Source of the DNA: Anaeromyxobacter sp.
GTDB taxonomy: Bacteria > Myxococcota > Myxococcia > Myxococcales > Anaeromyxobacteraceae
Length of the DNA: 64,000 bases
Assembly (NCBI GenBank): GCA_049840735.1
Contig: JASGJN010000021.1
Coordinates: 192,001 to 256,000 of the forward strand
Reading direction: 5' to 3'
The position numbers and the translations under genes are program-made. Below the pieces are notes generated by a model. It made no database searches. It worked only from the letters and a program-made list of their open reading frames with translations, and was not told the origin of the DNA. Positions within the stretch are counted from its first letter, which is position 1; every line of letters starts with the position of its first letter. Positions 53,352 to 62,453 of the stretch are shown here, piece by piece.

Positions 53352-53457
53352 CGCGGCGCGCACGGCCGTCCCACGATTCCGGTCCAGCATGGACTTTGTG
53401 ACGTAGGGACCCTTCGGGGTATTCGCGCCTGCGACAGAACGTGCCTAACTGGACTCA

Positions 53458-53673
53458 ATGCGAGCTCACGACCCGCAGCATGCATGGCTTCTTCGCGAGT
53501 GCTGGCGCTGCCTGGGGCTGATGGTGGCCGGCGCGTGGCTCGCTGCGGCCATGAACCCTGAGCTGGGGCAGCCGGGTGTCGTGCTGGGGCTCGCTATTGC
53601 GCTGGTGACTCACGCACCAATCCCGCGGACGGCGATCGCCCGCTCGCGGCCCCACCTGCACGTCGTACGGTGA
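53458..53673 (+). CDS. Small hypothetical membrane protein
   Basis: Two hydrophobic segments and a basic tail ending RPHLHVVR. Confidence 0.35.
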   Translation: MRAHDPQHAWLLRECWRCLGLMVAGAWLAAAMNPELGQPGVVLGLAIALVTHAPIPRTAIARSRPHLHVVR

Positions 53674-53764
53674 CCACCGCTCCGGCGCGCGGGCTTCACG
53701 GCCGTACGTTCCCGCGGCGAGGCTGCTGCGCAGGTAACTGTCAGTGAAGCCGCCGCGAGCTCGT

Positions 53765-53816
53765 GCTTCGACTCCGCGAGCCGGCTGTGCCGGCTCGCTA
53801 CGCTCAGCACGAACGG
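53765..53816 (+). repeat. Palindromic repeat, single arm (locus B)
   Basis: GCTTCGACTCCGC-GAGCCGGC-TGT-GCCGGCTC-GCTACGCTCAGCACGAACGG. Confidence 0.85.
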
Positions 53817-54064
53817 GGGCTGGGCTCCGGGGAGTGACTCCCGCCTACGCCGTTGGCCTGCGGCGGTCGGCTTCGGCCCACCTCCCAGCCCCCGCGACAC
53901 GTTGCCCACCCGCCGGCTAGGCCGGCGCCGCGCGCGCGCACAACCTGCGTCGCTTCTACGTGCTTCACCCGATCGGAAGCCAAGTTTGCGCTTCCGGCGC
54001 CTGGTCGCGGGGTGAACATCGCGACAAGGTTTCGATCGCCGGATTCCAGCGTTCGGACGCCACG

Positions 54065-54093
54065 TTGACACCTCGTGTTGGCTCGCAGACGAT
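54065..54093 (+). promoter_or_regulatory. Candidate sigma70-type promoter of the hyd operon
   Basis: Perfect TTGACA, a 17-nt spacer and GACGAT as a weak -10, about 55 nt upstream of the hydA ATG. Confidence 0.5.
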
Positions 54094-54146
54094 CCGCGCG
54101 CGCCGCCATCCGGGCGGTCGTTTCGCCAGCCAGAACGGACGCACGA

Positions 54147-57100
54147 ATGTTCACGCCCGTCCTCCCCGAGTCGAAGAAGGTCAAGGTCACGGTCAACGGT
54201 CGCGAGCTCCTGCTCGCCCCGGGCCTGACGCTCCTGCGCGCGCTGCTGCAGGAGGGCATCCACGTCCCGCACCTCTGCTTCGACACGCGCCTGGAGCGGT
54301 CGATCGGCAACTGCGGCCTGTGCGTGGTCGAGCTGCGCAACGAGGCGCGCGACGTGAAGGCCTGCCAGACGCCGGTCAAGGCGGGCATGGAGGTCGTCAC
54401 CGACACGCCCAAGCTCCAGGCCTACCGCCGCATCCGCCTGGAGCAGCTGCTGGGGCAGCACGACGCCGACTGCGTCGCGCCCTGCGTCCAGACCTGCCCG
54501 GCCCACATCGACATCCAGACCTACCTGCACCAGGTCTCCAGCGGGAACATCGAGGCCGCCCTCCGCGTCATCAAGGAGCGAAACCCGTTCCCCTCGGCCT
54601 GCGGCCGCGTCTGCCCGCACACCTGCGAGGCGCAGTGCCGGCGCAACCTGGTGGACGCCCCGGTGGCCATCAACCACGTGAAGCGCTTCGTGGCCGACTG
54701 GGACATGGCCCGCGAGACGCCCTTCATCCCGCAGGCCTCGGCCCCCTCGGGCCGGAAGATCGCCATCCTGGGCGCGGGCCCCTCCGGCCTCTCCGCCGCC
54801 TACTACGCGGCCATCCACGGCCACGAGGTCACGGTCTTCGAGCGCCTGCCGGAGCCGGGCGGGATGATGCGCTACGGCATCCCGGAGTACCGGCTGCCGA
54901 AGAAGGTCCTGGACGCCGAGATCGACGTGATCCGCGCCCTGGGCGTGAAGATCCTCACCGGCAAGTCGCTGGGCACGCACCTCCGCCTGGAGGAGCTGCA
55001 GAAGACCTACGACGCGGTCTACCTGGCCATCGGCTCCTGGCGCGCCACGCCCATGCAGATCGAGGGCGAGACCACCGAGGGCGTGTGGCTGGGCATCCAG
55101 TACCTGGAGGCCGTCACCAAGGGTGACAGGGTGCCGCGCGCCGACCGCGTGGTGGTGATCGGCGGCGGCAACACCGCCATCGACTGCGCCCGCACGGCGC
55201 TGCGCCGCGGCGCCAAGAGCGTGCAGCTGGTCTACCGCCGCACCCGCGACGAGATGCCGGCCGCGCCCTACGAGGTGGAGGAGGCGCTCCACGAGGGCGT
55301 GGAGATGCTCTTCCTGGCCGCGCCCAGCAAGATCGAGAAGACCAACGGCCACCTGACGCTGCACTGCATCCGCATGGCGCTGGGCGAGCCCGACCGCTCC
55401 GGCCGCCGCCGGCCGGTGCCGGTGGACGGCAGCGAGTTCCAGCTGGAGGCCGACCAGATCGTCGGCGCCATCGGCCAGAGCACCAACACCCAGTTCCTCT
55501 ACAACGACCTGCCGGTCCAGCTGAACAAGTGGGGCGACATCCAGGTCAGCGGCAAGACCATGCAGTCGTCGGTGGAGAAGGTCTTCGCCGGCGGGGACTG
55601 CGTGACCGGCCCGGCTACCGTGATCCAGGCGGTGGCGGCGGGGCGCGCCGCGGCCGAGTCGATGCACGAGCTGCTCTCCAAGGGGTTCGTCTCCGAGCGC
55701 TCCGACAGCTACGCCTGCAGCCGCGGCCGGCTGGAGGACCTGCCCCGCTACGAGTTCGAGGAGCTGCCCAGGTCGAGCCGCGCGCCCATGCCGGCGCTGG
55801 TCCCGACCGAGCGCATCCGCTCCTTCGTCGAGGTGGAGACGGGCATCAGCGAGGCCGAGGCGCGCGCCGAGTCCTCGCGCTGCCTGGAGTGCGGCTGCTC
55901 CGAGCGCGTCAGCTGCGAGCTGCGCAGCGAGGCCACCGCCCACGGCATCGAGCACAAGCCGCCGGTGGCCCGCCTCGAGCACTTCGCCATCGTGAAGGAC
56001 CACCCCTTCATCCTCCGCGACCACAACAAGTGCATCTCCTGCGGGCGGTGCGTGGCGGCCTGCGCCGACATCATCGGGCCGGACGTGCTCAACCTGTACG
56101 TGAAGCGCGGCCGGATGCTGGTGGGCACCAAGAGCGGTCTGCCGCTCAACGACACCGACTGCGTCTCCTGCGGCCAGTGCGTGAACAGCTGCCCCTGCGG
56201 CGCGCTGGAGTACCGGCGCGAGCGCGACCAGGTGTTCCGCGCCCTCAACGACAAGAAGAAGCTGGTGATGGGCTTCGTGGCGCCGGCGGTCCGCTCGGTG
56301 ATCTCGACCCACTTCGGCGTGCCCTTCAACGAGGTGGGCGGCTTCATGGCGGGCCTGCTGCGCAAGCTGGGCTTCGCCAAGGTCTTCGACTTCGTCTTCG
56401 CGGCCGACCTCACCATCGTGGAGGAGACCACCGAGTTCCTGAACCGGGCCGACGAGGGCGGGAAGTTCCCGCAGTTCACCTCCTGCTGCCCGGGCTGGGT
56501 CAACTTCGTGGAGCGCCGCTACCCGGGGCTGATCGAGCACTTCTCCACCTGCAAGTCGCCGCAGCAGATGATGGGCTCGACGGTGAAGGCCCACTATCCG
56601 AAGTGGGCCGGCCAGGACCTGAAGCGCGACGAGATGTTCCTGGTCTCGGTGGTCCCCTGCCTGGCCAAGAAGGTCGAGGCGGCGCGGCCGGAGTTCGCGC
56701 CGGACGGCGTCCGCGACGTGGACGCGGTGCTGACCACCTCCGAGCTGATCGAGATGATCACGCTGGCCGGCATCGACCCGCGGGAGGTCCAGCCGGGCGA
56801 GTTCGACGAGCCCTACAAGCAGGTCTCCGGCGCGGGCATGCTCTTCGGCTCCACCGGCGGCGTGGCCGAGGCGGCGCTGCGCATGGCGGCCGAGAAGGCC
56901 ACCGGGAAGGTGCTGGAGAAGCTGGACTTCGAGGAGGTCCGCGGCCTGACCGGCTTCAAGGAGGCCACGGTCCAGCTGGGCGAGGCCAAGGTCCGCCTGG
57001 CGGTCATCTCCGGCCTCAAGAACGCCATCCCGGTGCTGGAGCAGATCAAGGCCGGCAAGGACGTGGGCTACGACCTCATCGAGGTCATGACCTGCCCCGG

Positions 57101-57596
57101 CGGCTGCATCGGCGGCGCAGGCCACCCGGTCCCGGTGGCGGTGGGCGAGATGAAGGCCCGCCAGGACGTGCTCATCGACATCGACCGCACCTCCAAGCTG
57201 CGCAAGAGCCAGGAGAACCCGGACATCCTCCGCCTCTACGAGGAGTTCTACGGCGAGCCCAACTCGCACCTGGCCCACCGGCTGCTGCACACGCATTACA
57301 CGCCGCGCGGCGGCGACGCCAGGGCGCACAAGGCGGTCGTGAACCCGTCCGACTCGGCCTTCCGCACGCACGAGCTGCAGATCTGCTTCTGCGACGTCTG
57401 CGCGGGGAAGGGCTCTGCCCAGCTCTTCGACACGCTGACGGAGAAGGTCCGCGACGGCGGCCTGGAGCCGATGGTCGAGGTGAAGCCGGTCCGGCTCTCC
57501 GAGAAGCACGCCACCAAGGAGGTCTACGTCACGCTGGACGGGCAGCAGACGGGCGTGGAGCAGCTGCAGGCCATTCACCGGCTGGTGAGGGCGTAG
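54147..57596 (+). CDS. hydA: [FeFe]-hydrogenase catalytic subunit with an embedded GltD-like FAD/NAD(P) module and a C-terminal thioredoxin-like domain
   Basis: [2Fe-2S] domain, then a GltD block (APC..CPAH, CGRVC...CE..C, GAGPSG, GGGNTAID), 2x[4Fe-4S] motifs, and H-cluster motifs TSCCPGW, PCLAKKVE and EVMTCPGGCIGGAGHP. Small-subunit motif LLHTHY. Confidence 0.95.
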   Translation: MFTPVLPESKKVKVTVNGRELLLAPGLTLLRALLQEGIHVPHLCFDTRLERSIGNCGLCVVELRNEARDVKACQTPVKAGMEVVTDTPKLQAYRRIRLEQLLGQHDADCVAPCVQTCPAHIDIQTYLHQVSSGNIEAALRVIKERNPFPSACGRVCPHTCEAQCRRNLVDAPVAINHVKRFVADWDMARETPFIPQASAPSGRKIAILGAGPSGLSAAYYAAIHGHEVTVFERLPEPGGMMRYGIPEYRLPKKVLDAEIDVIRALGVKILTGKSLGTHLRLEELQKTYDAVYLAIGSWRATPMQIEGETTEGVWLGIQYLEAVTKGDRVPRADRVVVIGGGNTAIDCARTALRRGAKSVQLVYRRTRDEMPAAPYEVEEALHEGVEMLFLAAPSKIEKTNGHLTLHCIRMALGEPDRSGRRRPVPVDGSEFQLEADQIVGAIGQSTNTQFLYNDLPVQLNKWGDIQVSGKTMQSSVEKVFAGGDCVTGPATVIQAVAAGRAAAESMHELLSKGFVSERSDSYACSRGRLEDLPRYEFEELPRSSRAPMPALVPTERIRSFVEVETGISEAEARAESSRCLECGCSERVSCELRSEATAHGIEHKPPVARLEHFAIVKDHPFILRDHNKCISCGRCVAACADIIGPDVLNLYVKRGRMLVGTKSGLPLNDTDCVSCGQCVNSCPCGALEYRRERDQVFRALNDKKKLVMGFVAPAVRSVISTHFGVPFNEVGGFMAGLLRKLGFAKVFDFVFAADLTIVEETTEFLNRADEGGKFPQFTSCCPGWVNFVERRYPGLIEHFSTCKSPQQMMGSTVKAHYPKWAGQDLKRDEMFLVSVVPCLAKKVEAARPEFAPDGVRDVDAVLTTSELIEMITLAGIDPREVQPGEFDEPYKQVSGAGMLFGSTGGVAEAALRMAAEKATGKVLEKLDFEEVRGLTGFKEATVQLGEAKVRLAVISGLKNAIPVLEQIKAGKDVGYDLIEVMTCPGGCIGGAGHPVPVAVGEMKARQDVLIDIDRTSKLRKSQENPDILRLYEEFYGEPNSHLAHRLLHTHYTPRGGDARAHKAVVNPSDSAFRTHELQICFCDVCAGKGSAQLFDTLTEKVRDGGLEPMVEVKPVRLSEKHATKEVYVTLDGQQTGVEQLQAIHRLVRA

Positions 57597-57599
57597 GAT

Positions 57600-58110
57600 C
57601 CCTGGCCTTCGACTCCGCTGCCGCCTGCGGCGGCAGCTACGCTCAGGCCGAACGGGGCCGGGCGGAAGTGGCTCAGGCCGAACGGGGCCGGGCGGAGTCG
57701 GGCGGGAGCAGGGTCAGGCCGAGCGGGGCCGGGCGCAGGTCGGGCGGGTGGCGGTTCAGGCCGAACGGGGCCGGGCGGAGGTCGGGCGGGAGCAGGGTCA
57801 GGCCGAACGGGGTCGGGCGGGAGCGGGCTCAGGCCGAACGGGGCCGGGCGGAGGTCGGGCGGGAGCAGGGTCAGGCCGAGCGGGGCCGGGCGCAGGTCGG
57901 GCGGGAGCAGGGTCAGGCCGAGCGGGGCCGGGCGGAGGTCGGGCGGGAGCAGGGTCAGGCCGAACGGGGCCGGGCTCAGGTCGGGCGGGTGGCGGTTCAG
58001 GCCGAACGAGGCCGGGCGCAGGCGGGGCAGAAATGGCTCAGGCCGAACGGACACGGCAACCCCGTTCGCCCTGAGCGTAGCGAGCCCGCAGGGCTCGCGG
58101 AGTCGAAGGG
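57600..58110. repeat. Palindromic repeat, inverted dimer enclosing a tandem array (locus C)
   Basis: Left arm 57606-57655, 11 TCAGGCCGARCG cores mostly 42 nt apart, and an inverted right arm at 58062-58110. Confidence 0.92.
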
Positions 58111-58170
58111 CAGGGAAGAGAAGTCGGCGGGTGCTGAGGGGCGCGCCGCCGGGGAACGGGAACGAAGGGC

Positions 58171-59544
58171 ATGGACGTCGTGATCGACGAGGGCCGGATC
58201 GAGGCCCAGCTGGCTGCGCCCCCGCCGGACGCTGCGCAGGTGGCCGCGATCCTGGCTCGCGCCCGCGAGCTGAAGGGGCTGGGGCCGGAGGACGTCGCCG
58301 CGCTGACGCGCCTCGAGGCGCCGGAGGCGCTGGAGCAGCTCTTCGCCGCCGCCGCCCACGTCAAGGAGACCATCTACGGGCCGCGCGTGGTGCTCTTCGC
58401 GCCGCTCTACGTCTCCAACGTCTGCGCCAACGAGTGCAGCTACTGCGCCTTCCGGCTCAGCCACGACCTGCCGCGCCGCGGCCTCTCCACCGACGAGGTC
58501 ACCCGCGAGGTCGAGGCGCTGGTGCGCCAGGGCCACAAGCGGCTCCTGATCGTCTCCGGCGAGGCGCTCTCCAACCGCTACTTCGACGAGCTGCTGGAGG
58601 CCATCCGGGCCGCCTACGCGGTCAAGCTGGGCAACGGCGAGATCCGGCGCATCAACGTCAACGTGGCGCCGCTGGACGTGGCCCGCTTCAAGCGGCTCAA
58701 GGAAGCGGACATCGGCACCTACCAGCTCTTCCAGGAGACCTACCACCTCCCCACCTACCAGACGGTCCACCGCAAGGGGCCGAAGCGCGACTACGCCTAC
58801 CGGCTCGACACCATGGATCGCGCCATGGAGGCGGGGATCGACGACGTGGGGATCGGCGTCCTGCTGGGCCTGCACGACTGGCGCTTCGAGCTCTTGGCCA
58901 TGCTGCAGCACGTGGCCCACCTCGAGCGGCGCTTCGGCGTGGGGCCGCACACCATCAGCGTCCCGCGCCTGGAGCCGGCCGACGGCTCCTCCATCTCCCG
59001 CCTGCCGCCCTGGGCGGTGAGCGACGAGGACTTCCTCAAGCTGGTGGCCATCCTGCGCCTGGCGGTGCCCTACACCGGCATCATCCTCTCCACCCGCGAG
59101 CAGCCGGAGCTGCGCCGCCGCGCGCTGGCGCTGGGCGTCTCGCAGATCTCCGCCGGCAGCCGCACCGACGTGGGCGGCTACAGCGAGCTCTCCACCAGCC
59201 CGGGGCAGTTCCAGCTGGGCGACCACCGCAGCCTGGAGGAGGTGGTCCGGGACCTTGCGGAGATGGGCTACGTGCCCTCCTTCTGCACCGCCTGCTACCG
59301 GCTGGGCCGCACCGGCCAGGACTTCATGGACCTGGCCAAGCCGGGCGCCATCAAGAACCACTGCGACCCCAACGCGCTCTCCACGCTGGTCGAGTACCTC
59401 TGCGATCACGCCTCGCCCGACACGGTCCGCATCGGGCGCGGCCTGGTGGCGGAGCGGCTGGCGCACATGGACGACAAGCGCCGGCGGCTCACCGAGAGGC
59501 TGGTGTCCAAGGTGGAGGCGGGCCAGCGCGACGTGCTGGTGTAG
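58171..59544 (+). CDS. hydG: H-cluster maturase HydG (radical SAM)
   Basis: LFAPLYVSNVCANECSYC, LFQETYH, PHTISVPR and the C-terminal CTAC-x22-C motif. Confidence 0.95.
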   Translation: MDVVIDEGRIEAQLAAPPPDAAQVAAILARARELKGLGPEDVAALTRLEAPEALEQLFAAAAHVKETIYGPRVVLFAPLYVSNVCANECSYCAFRLSHDLPRRGLSTDEVTREVEALVRQGHKRLLIVSGEALSNRYFDELLEAIRAAYAVKLGNGEIRRINVNVAPLDVARFKRLKEADIGTYQLFQETYHLPTYQTVHRKGPKRDYAYRLDTMDRAMEAGIDDVGIGVLLGLHDWRFELLAMLQHVAHLERRFGVGPHTISVPRLEPADGSSISRLPPWAVSDEDFLKLVAILRLAVPYTGIILSTREQPELRRRALALGVSQISAGSRTDVGGYSELSTSPGQFQLGDHRSLEEVVRDLAEMGYVPSFCTACYRLGRTGQDFMDLAKPGAIKNHCDPNALSTLVEYLCDHASPDTVRIGRGLVAERLAHMDDKRRRLTERLVSKVEAGQRDVLV

Positions 59545-59546
59545 CC

Positions 59547-60950
59547 ATGGTCGCCACGCGGACAGAGTCGGACCTGCTCGGCACGCGCGAGCTGCCGGCG
59601 GACGCGCTGCACGGCATCCACACCGCCCGGGCGCTGGAGAACTTCCCGCTGGCGGGCCGGCCGGTGCACCCGGCCCTGGCCCGCGCCTACGGCGTGGTGA
59701 AGTGGGCCTGCGCCCAGACCAACGAGGCGCTGGGCGTCTGGACCGGCCAGCCGGAGAAGGCCCGCGCCATCCTGGCCGCCTGCCGCGAGCTAGCCGAGGG
59801 GGCGCTGGCGCACGAGATCGTGGTCGACGCGCTGCAGGGCGGCGCGGGCACCAGCACCAACATGAACGTGAACGAGGTGCTGGCCAACCGCGCCTTGATC
59901 CTGCTGGGCCAGGCGCCGGGCCGGTACGACCTCGTCTCCCCCACCGACGATCTCAACCGCCACCAGTCCACCAATGACACCTACCCGACCGCCCTGCGCC
60001 TCGCCGCGATCTGGGGCGTGCGGGCGCTGGAGGCGGAGGTGGTCCGGTTGCAGGAGGCCTTCCAGGCCGCCGAGCGGCGCACCGAGCACGTGGTCAAGAT
60101 CGGCCGCACCGAGGGGATGGACGCGGTGCTGCTCACGCTGGGGCGCGAGCTGGGCGCCTACGCCGAGGCCGTGAACCGCGACCGCTGGCGGCTCTCCAAG
60201 TGCGAGGAGCGGCTGCGGGTGGTGAACCTGGGCGGCACGGCGGTGGGGACGGCGCTGGCGGCGCCGCGCGCCTACGTGTTCCGCGTGGTGGAGGCGCTGC
60301 GCGACCTCTCCGGCGTGGGCTTCGCGCGGGCCGAGAACCTGGTCGAGGCCACGCAGAACGCCGACGTCTTCGTGGAGGTGATGGGGCTCCTGAAGGCCCA
60401 CGCCACCTCGCTCTTCAAGGTCGCGAACGACCTGCGCCTGCTGGCCTCCGGCCCGGAGGCCGGGCTGGGCGAGCTCAAGCTCCCGGCCCAGCAGGCCGGC
60501 TCCTCGATCATGCCGGGCAAGGTGAACCCGGTCATCCCGGAGGCGGTGGCCCAGGCGGCCATGCGCGTCTTCGGCGAGGAGGCGGCGCTCTCGCTGGCCT
60601 GCGCGCAGGGCTCGCTGGAGCTGAACCCGTTCCTGCCGCTGGTAGCGGTGACGCTGCTCGACAGCCTGGACCTGCTGACCCGCACCGACCGCATCTTCCG
60701 CGAGCGCTGCGTGGCCGGGCTGGAGGCGGACGAGGCCCGCTGCCGGGCGCACCTCGAGTCCTCGACCGCCACCGCCACCGCGCTCCTGCCCGCGCTGGGC
60801 TACGAGCGCGCCACCGCGGCGGTGGCCCAGGCCAGGGCGGAGGGGCGGACGCTGCGCGCGGTGGTGGTGGGGAACGGCTGGATGACCGAGGCGGCCTTCG
60901 ACGCCGCCATCGCGCCGGAGGCCGTCAACCGGCTGGGGTTCGGATCATGA
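59547..60950 (+). CDS. aspA: Aspartate ammonia-lyase
   Basis: GIHTARALENF, QGGAGTSTNMNVNEV, QSTND and GSSIMPGKVNP motifs. Confidence 0.92.
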   Translation: MVATRTESDLLGTRELPADALHGIHTARALENFPLAGRPVHPALARAYGVVKWACAQTNEALGVWTGQPEKARAILAACRELAEGALAHEIVVDALQGGAGTSTNMNVNEVLANRALILLGQAPGRYDLVSPTDDLNRHQSTNDTYPTALRLAAIWGVRALEAEVVRLQEAFQAAERRTEHVVKIGRTEGMDAVLLTLGRELGAYAEAVNRDRWRLSKCEERLRVVNLGGTAVGTALAAPRAYVFRVVEALRDLSGVGFARAENLVEATQNADVFVEVMGLLKAHATSLFKVANDLRLLASGPEAGLGELKLPAQQAGSSIMPGKVNPVIPEAVAQAAMRVFGEEAALSLACAQGSLELNPFLPLVAVTLLDSLDLLTRTDRIFRERCVAGLEADEARCRAHLESSTATATALLPALGYERATAAVAQARAEGRTLRAVVVGNGWMTEAAFDAAIAPEAVNRLGFGS

Positions 60951-62453
60951 ACGTGGTGCAGCAGCCGGCGCCGCCGCCCAAGGGGCAGCGCACGCACATC
61001 GGCCTCTTCGGCCGGCGCAACGTGGGCAAGTCCAGCCTGCTCAACGCGCTGGTCCGGCAGAGCGTCTCCATCGTCTCCGACCAGGCGGGCACCACCACCG
61101 ACCCGGTGGAGAAGCCCTTCGAGCTGCAGCCGCTGGGGCCCGTGCAGTTCATCGACACCGCCGGCATCGACGACGTGGGCGCGCTGGGCGAGCTGCGCGT
61201 CGCGAAGACGCGGCAGGTGATCGACCGGACCGACCTGGCCCTGCTGGTGACCGAGCCGGGCGTCTGGGGCGAGTACGAGCGGTCGCTGTGGGAGGAGCTG
61301 CAGCGGCGGGGCGTCGCCACGATCGTGGTGGTCAACAAGAGCGATCTGGCCCTGGCCTTCGACTCCGCTGCCGGCTTCGCCGGCAGCTACGCTCAGGCCG
61401 AACGGGGAGGCGGCGGCGAGGCGCAGGCCGAACGGGGAGGCGGCGGCGAGGCGCAGGCCGAGCGGGGGGGCGGTGGCGAGGCGCAGGCCGAGCGGGGGGG
61501 CGGTGGCGAGGCTCAGGCCGAACGGGGGGGCGGCTATGCTCAGGCCGAACGGAGCGGTGTCTCCGGTTCGACCAGCCTCAACACCGTTCCCCCTGAGCGT
61601 AGCGAGCCCGCAGGGCTCGCGGAGTCGAAGGGTCGAACGGGATTCGATTGCCGTCTCCGCCCACACCGGCGCCGGCCTCGACGCCCTCCGCGGCGAGCTG
61701 CTGGCCCGCGTGCCCCCCGAGTGCCTCCGCCCGCCCAGCATCCTGGGCGACCTGGTGGGCCCGGGCGAGCTGGCGGTGCTGGTGGTCCCCATCGACAAGG
61801 AGGCCCCCGCCGGCCGGCTGATCCTCCCCCAGGTGCAGTCCATCCGCGACCTGCTCGACAGCGACGCGATGTGCCTGGTGGTGAAGGAGCGCGAGCTGAA
61901 GGTGGCGCTGGAGCGGCTCAACCGGCCGCCGAAGCTGGTGGTCACCGACTCGCAGGCCTTCCTCAAGGTCTCGGCCGACGTGCCGAAGGGCGTGCCGCTC
62001 ACCAGCTTCTCGATCCTCTTCGCCCGCTACCGCGGCGACCTGGTCAAGCAGGTGGAGGGGGCGCTGGCGGTGGACGGGCTCCGCTCCGGCGACCGCGTCC
62101 TGGTGGCCGAGGCCTGCGGCCACCACCCCATCGGCGAGGACATCGGCCGGGTGAAGATCCCGCGCTGGCTGACCCAGTACACCGGCGCCAACCTCGAGTT
62201 CGTCCACACGCAGGGGCACGACTTCCCGGCCGACCTGCCCAGCTACAAGCTGGTGATCCACTGCGGCGCCTGCACGCTCAACCGGCGCGAGGTCACCGGC
62301 CGGCTGCGCCGCTGCGCCGACGCCGGCGTGCCGGTCACCAACTACGGCGTGGTCATCGCCCACAGCCTGGGCATCCTGGACCGCGTGCTGGACCCGTTCC
62401 CGGCCGCGCAGGAGGCGCTGCGGGCGGCGAAGGCGCGGCAGGAGACCGCGTGA
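60947..62453 (+). CDS. hydF: H-cluster maturation GTPase HydF with a repeat-derived ~95-aa insertion; +1 shift at ~61643, likely a sequencing error
   Basis: GRRNVGKSS, TTTD, DTAG, NKSD, then the insertion, then VSAHTG, GRLILPQ, ACGHH and HCGAC. Confidence 0.92.
61350..61632. repeat. Palindromic repeat, inverted dimer enclosing a 30-nt tandem array, inside hydF (locus D)
   Basis: Left arm starts CCCTGGCCTTCGACTCCGC. Six CAGGCCGARCGG cores at 61394, 61424, 61454, 61484, 61514 and 61541. The right arm (61584-61632) is nearly identical to that of locus C. Confidence 0.92.

Noticed and set aside
54010..54028. Rex-like operator upstream of hydA (GGGTGAACATCGCGACAA)
   Set aside because: It has five mismatches to the TTGTGAA-N4-TTCACAA consensus.
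53610..57578. Long antisense ORFs (also 6533-9394, 30609-33557 and 26740-28590)
   Set aside because: They are shadows of high-GC3 genes on the opposite strand and show no recognisable motifs.
57644..58050. CRISPR array
   Set aside because: The conserved core is only ~12 nt, the intervening sequences are near-identical rather than unique spacers, and there are no cas genes in the window.
61349..61631. Precise excision, splicing or ribosomal bypass of the 283-nt element restoring the hydF frame (NKSDL-VERDS-IAVSA)
   Set aside because: The arithmetic works, but the GATC-to-GATTC error pattern seen at five other sites explains the shift more simply, and there are no intron features. Worth revisiting only if accurate reads confirm the extra T.
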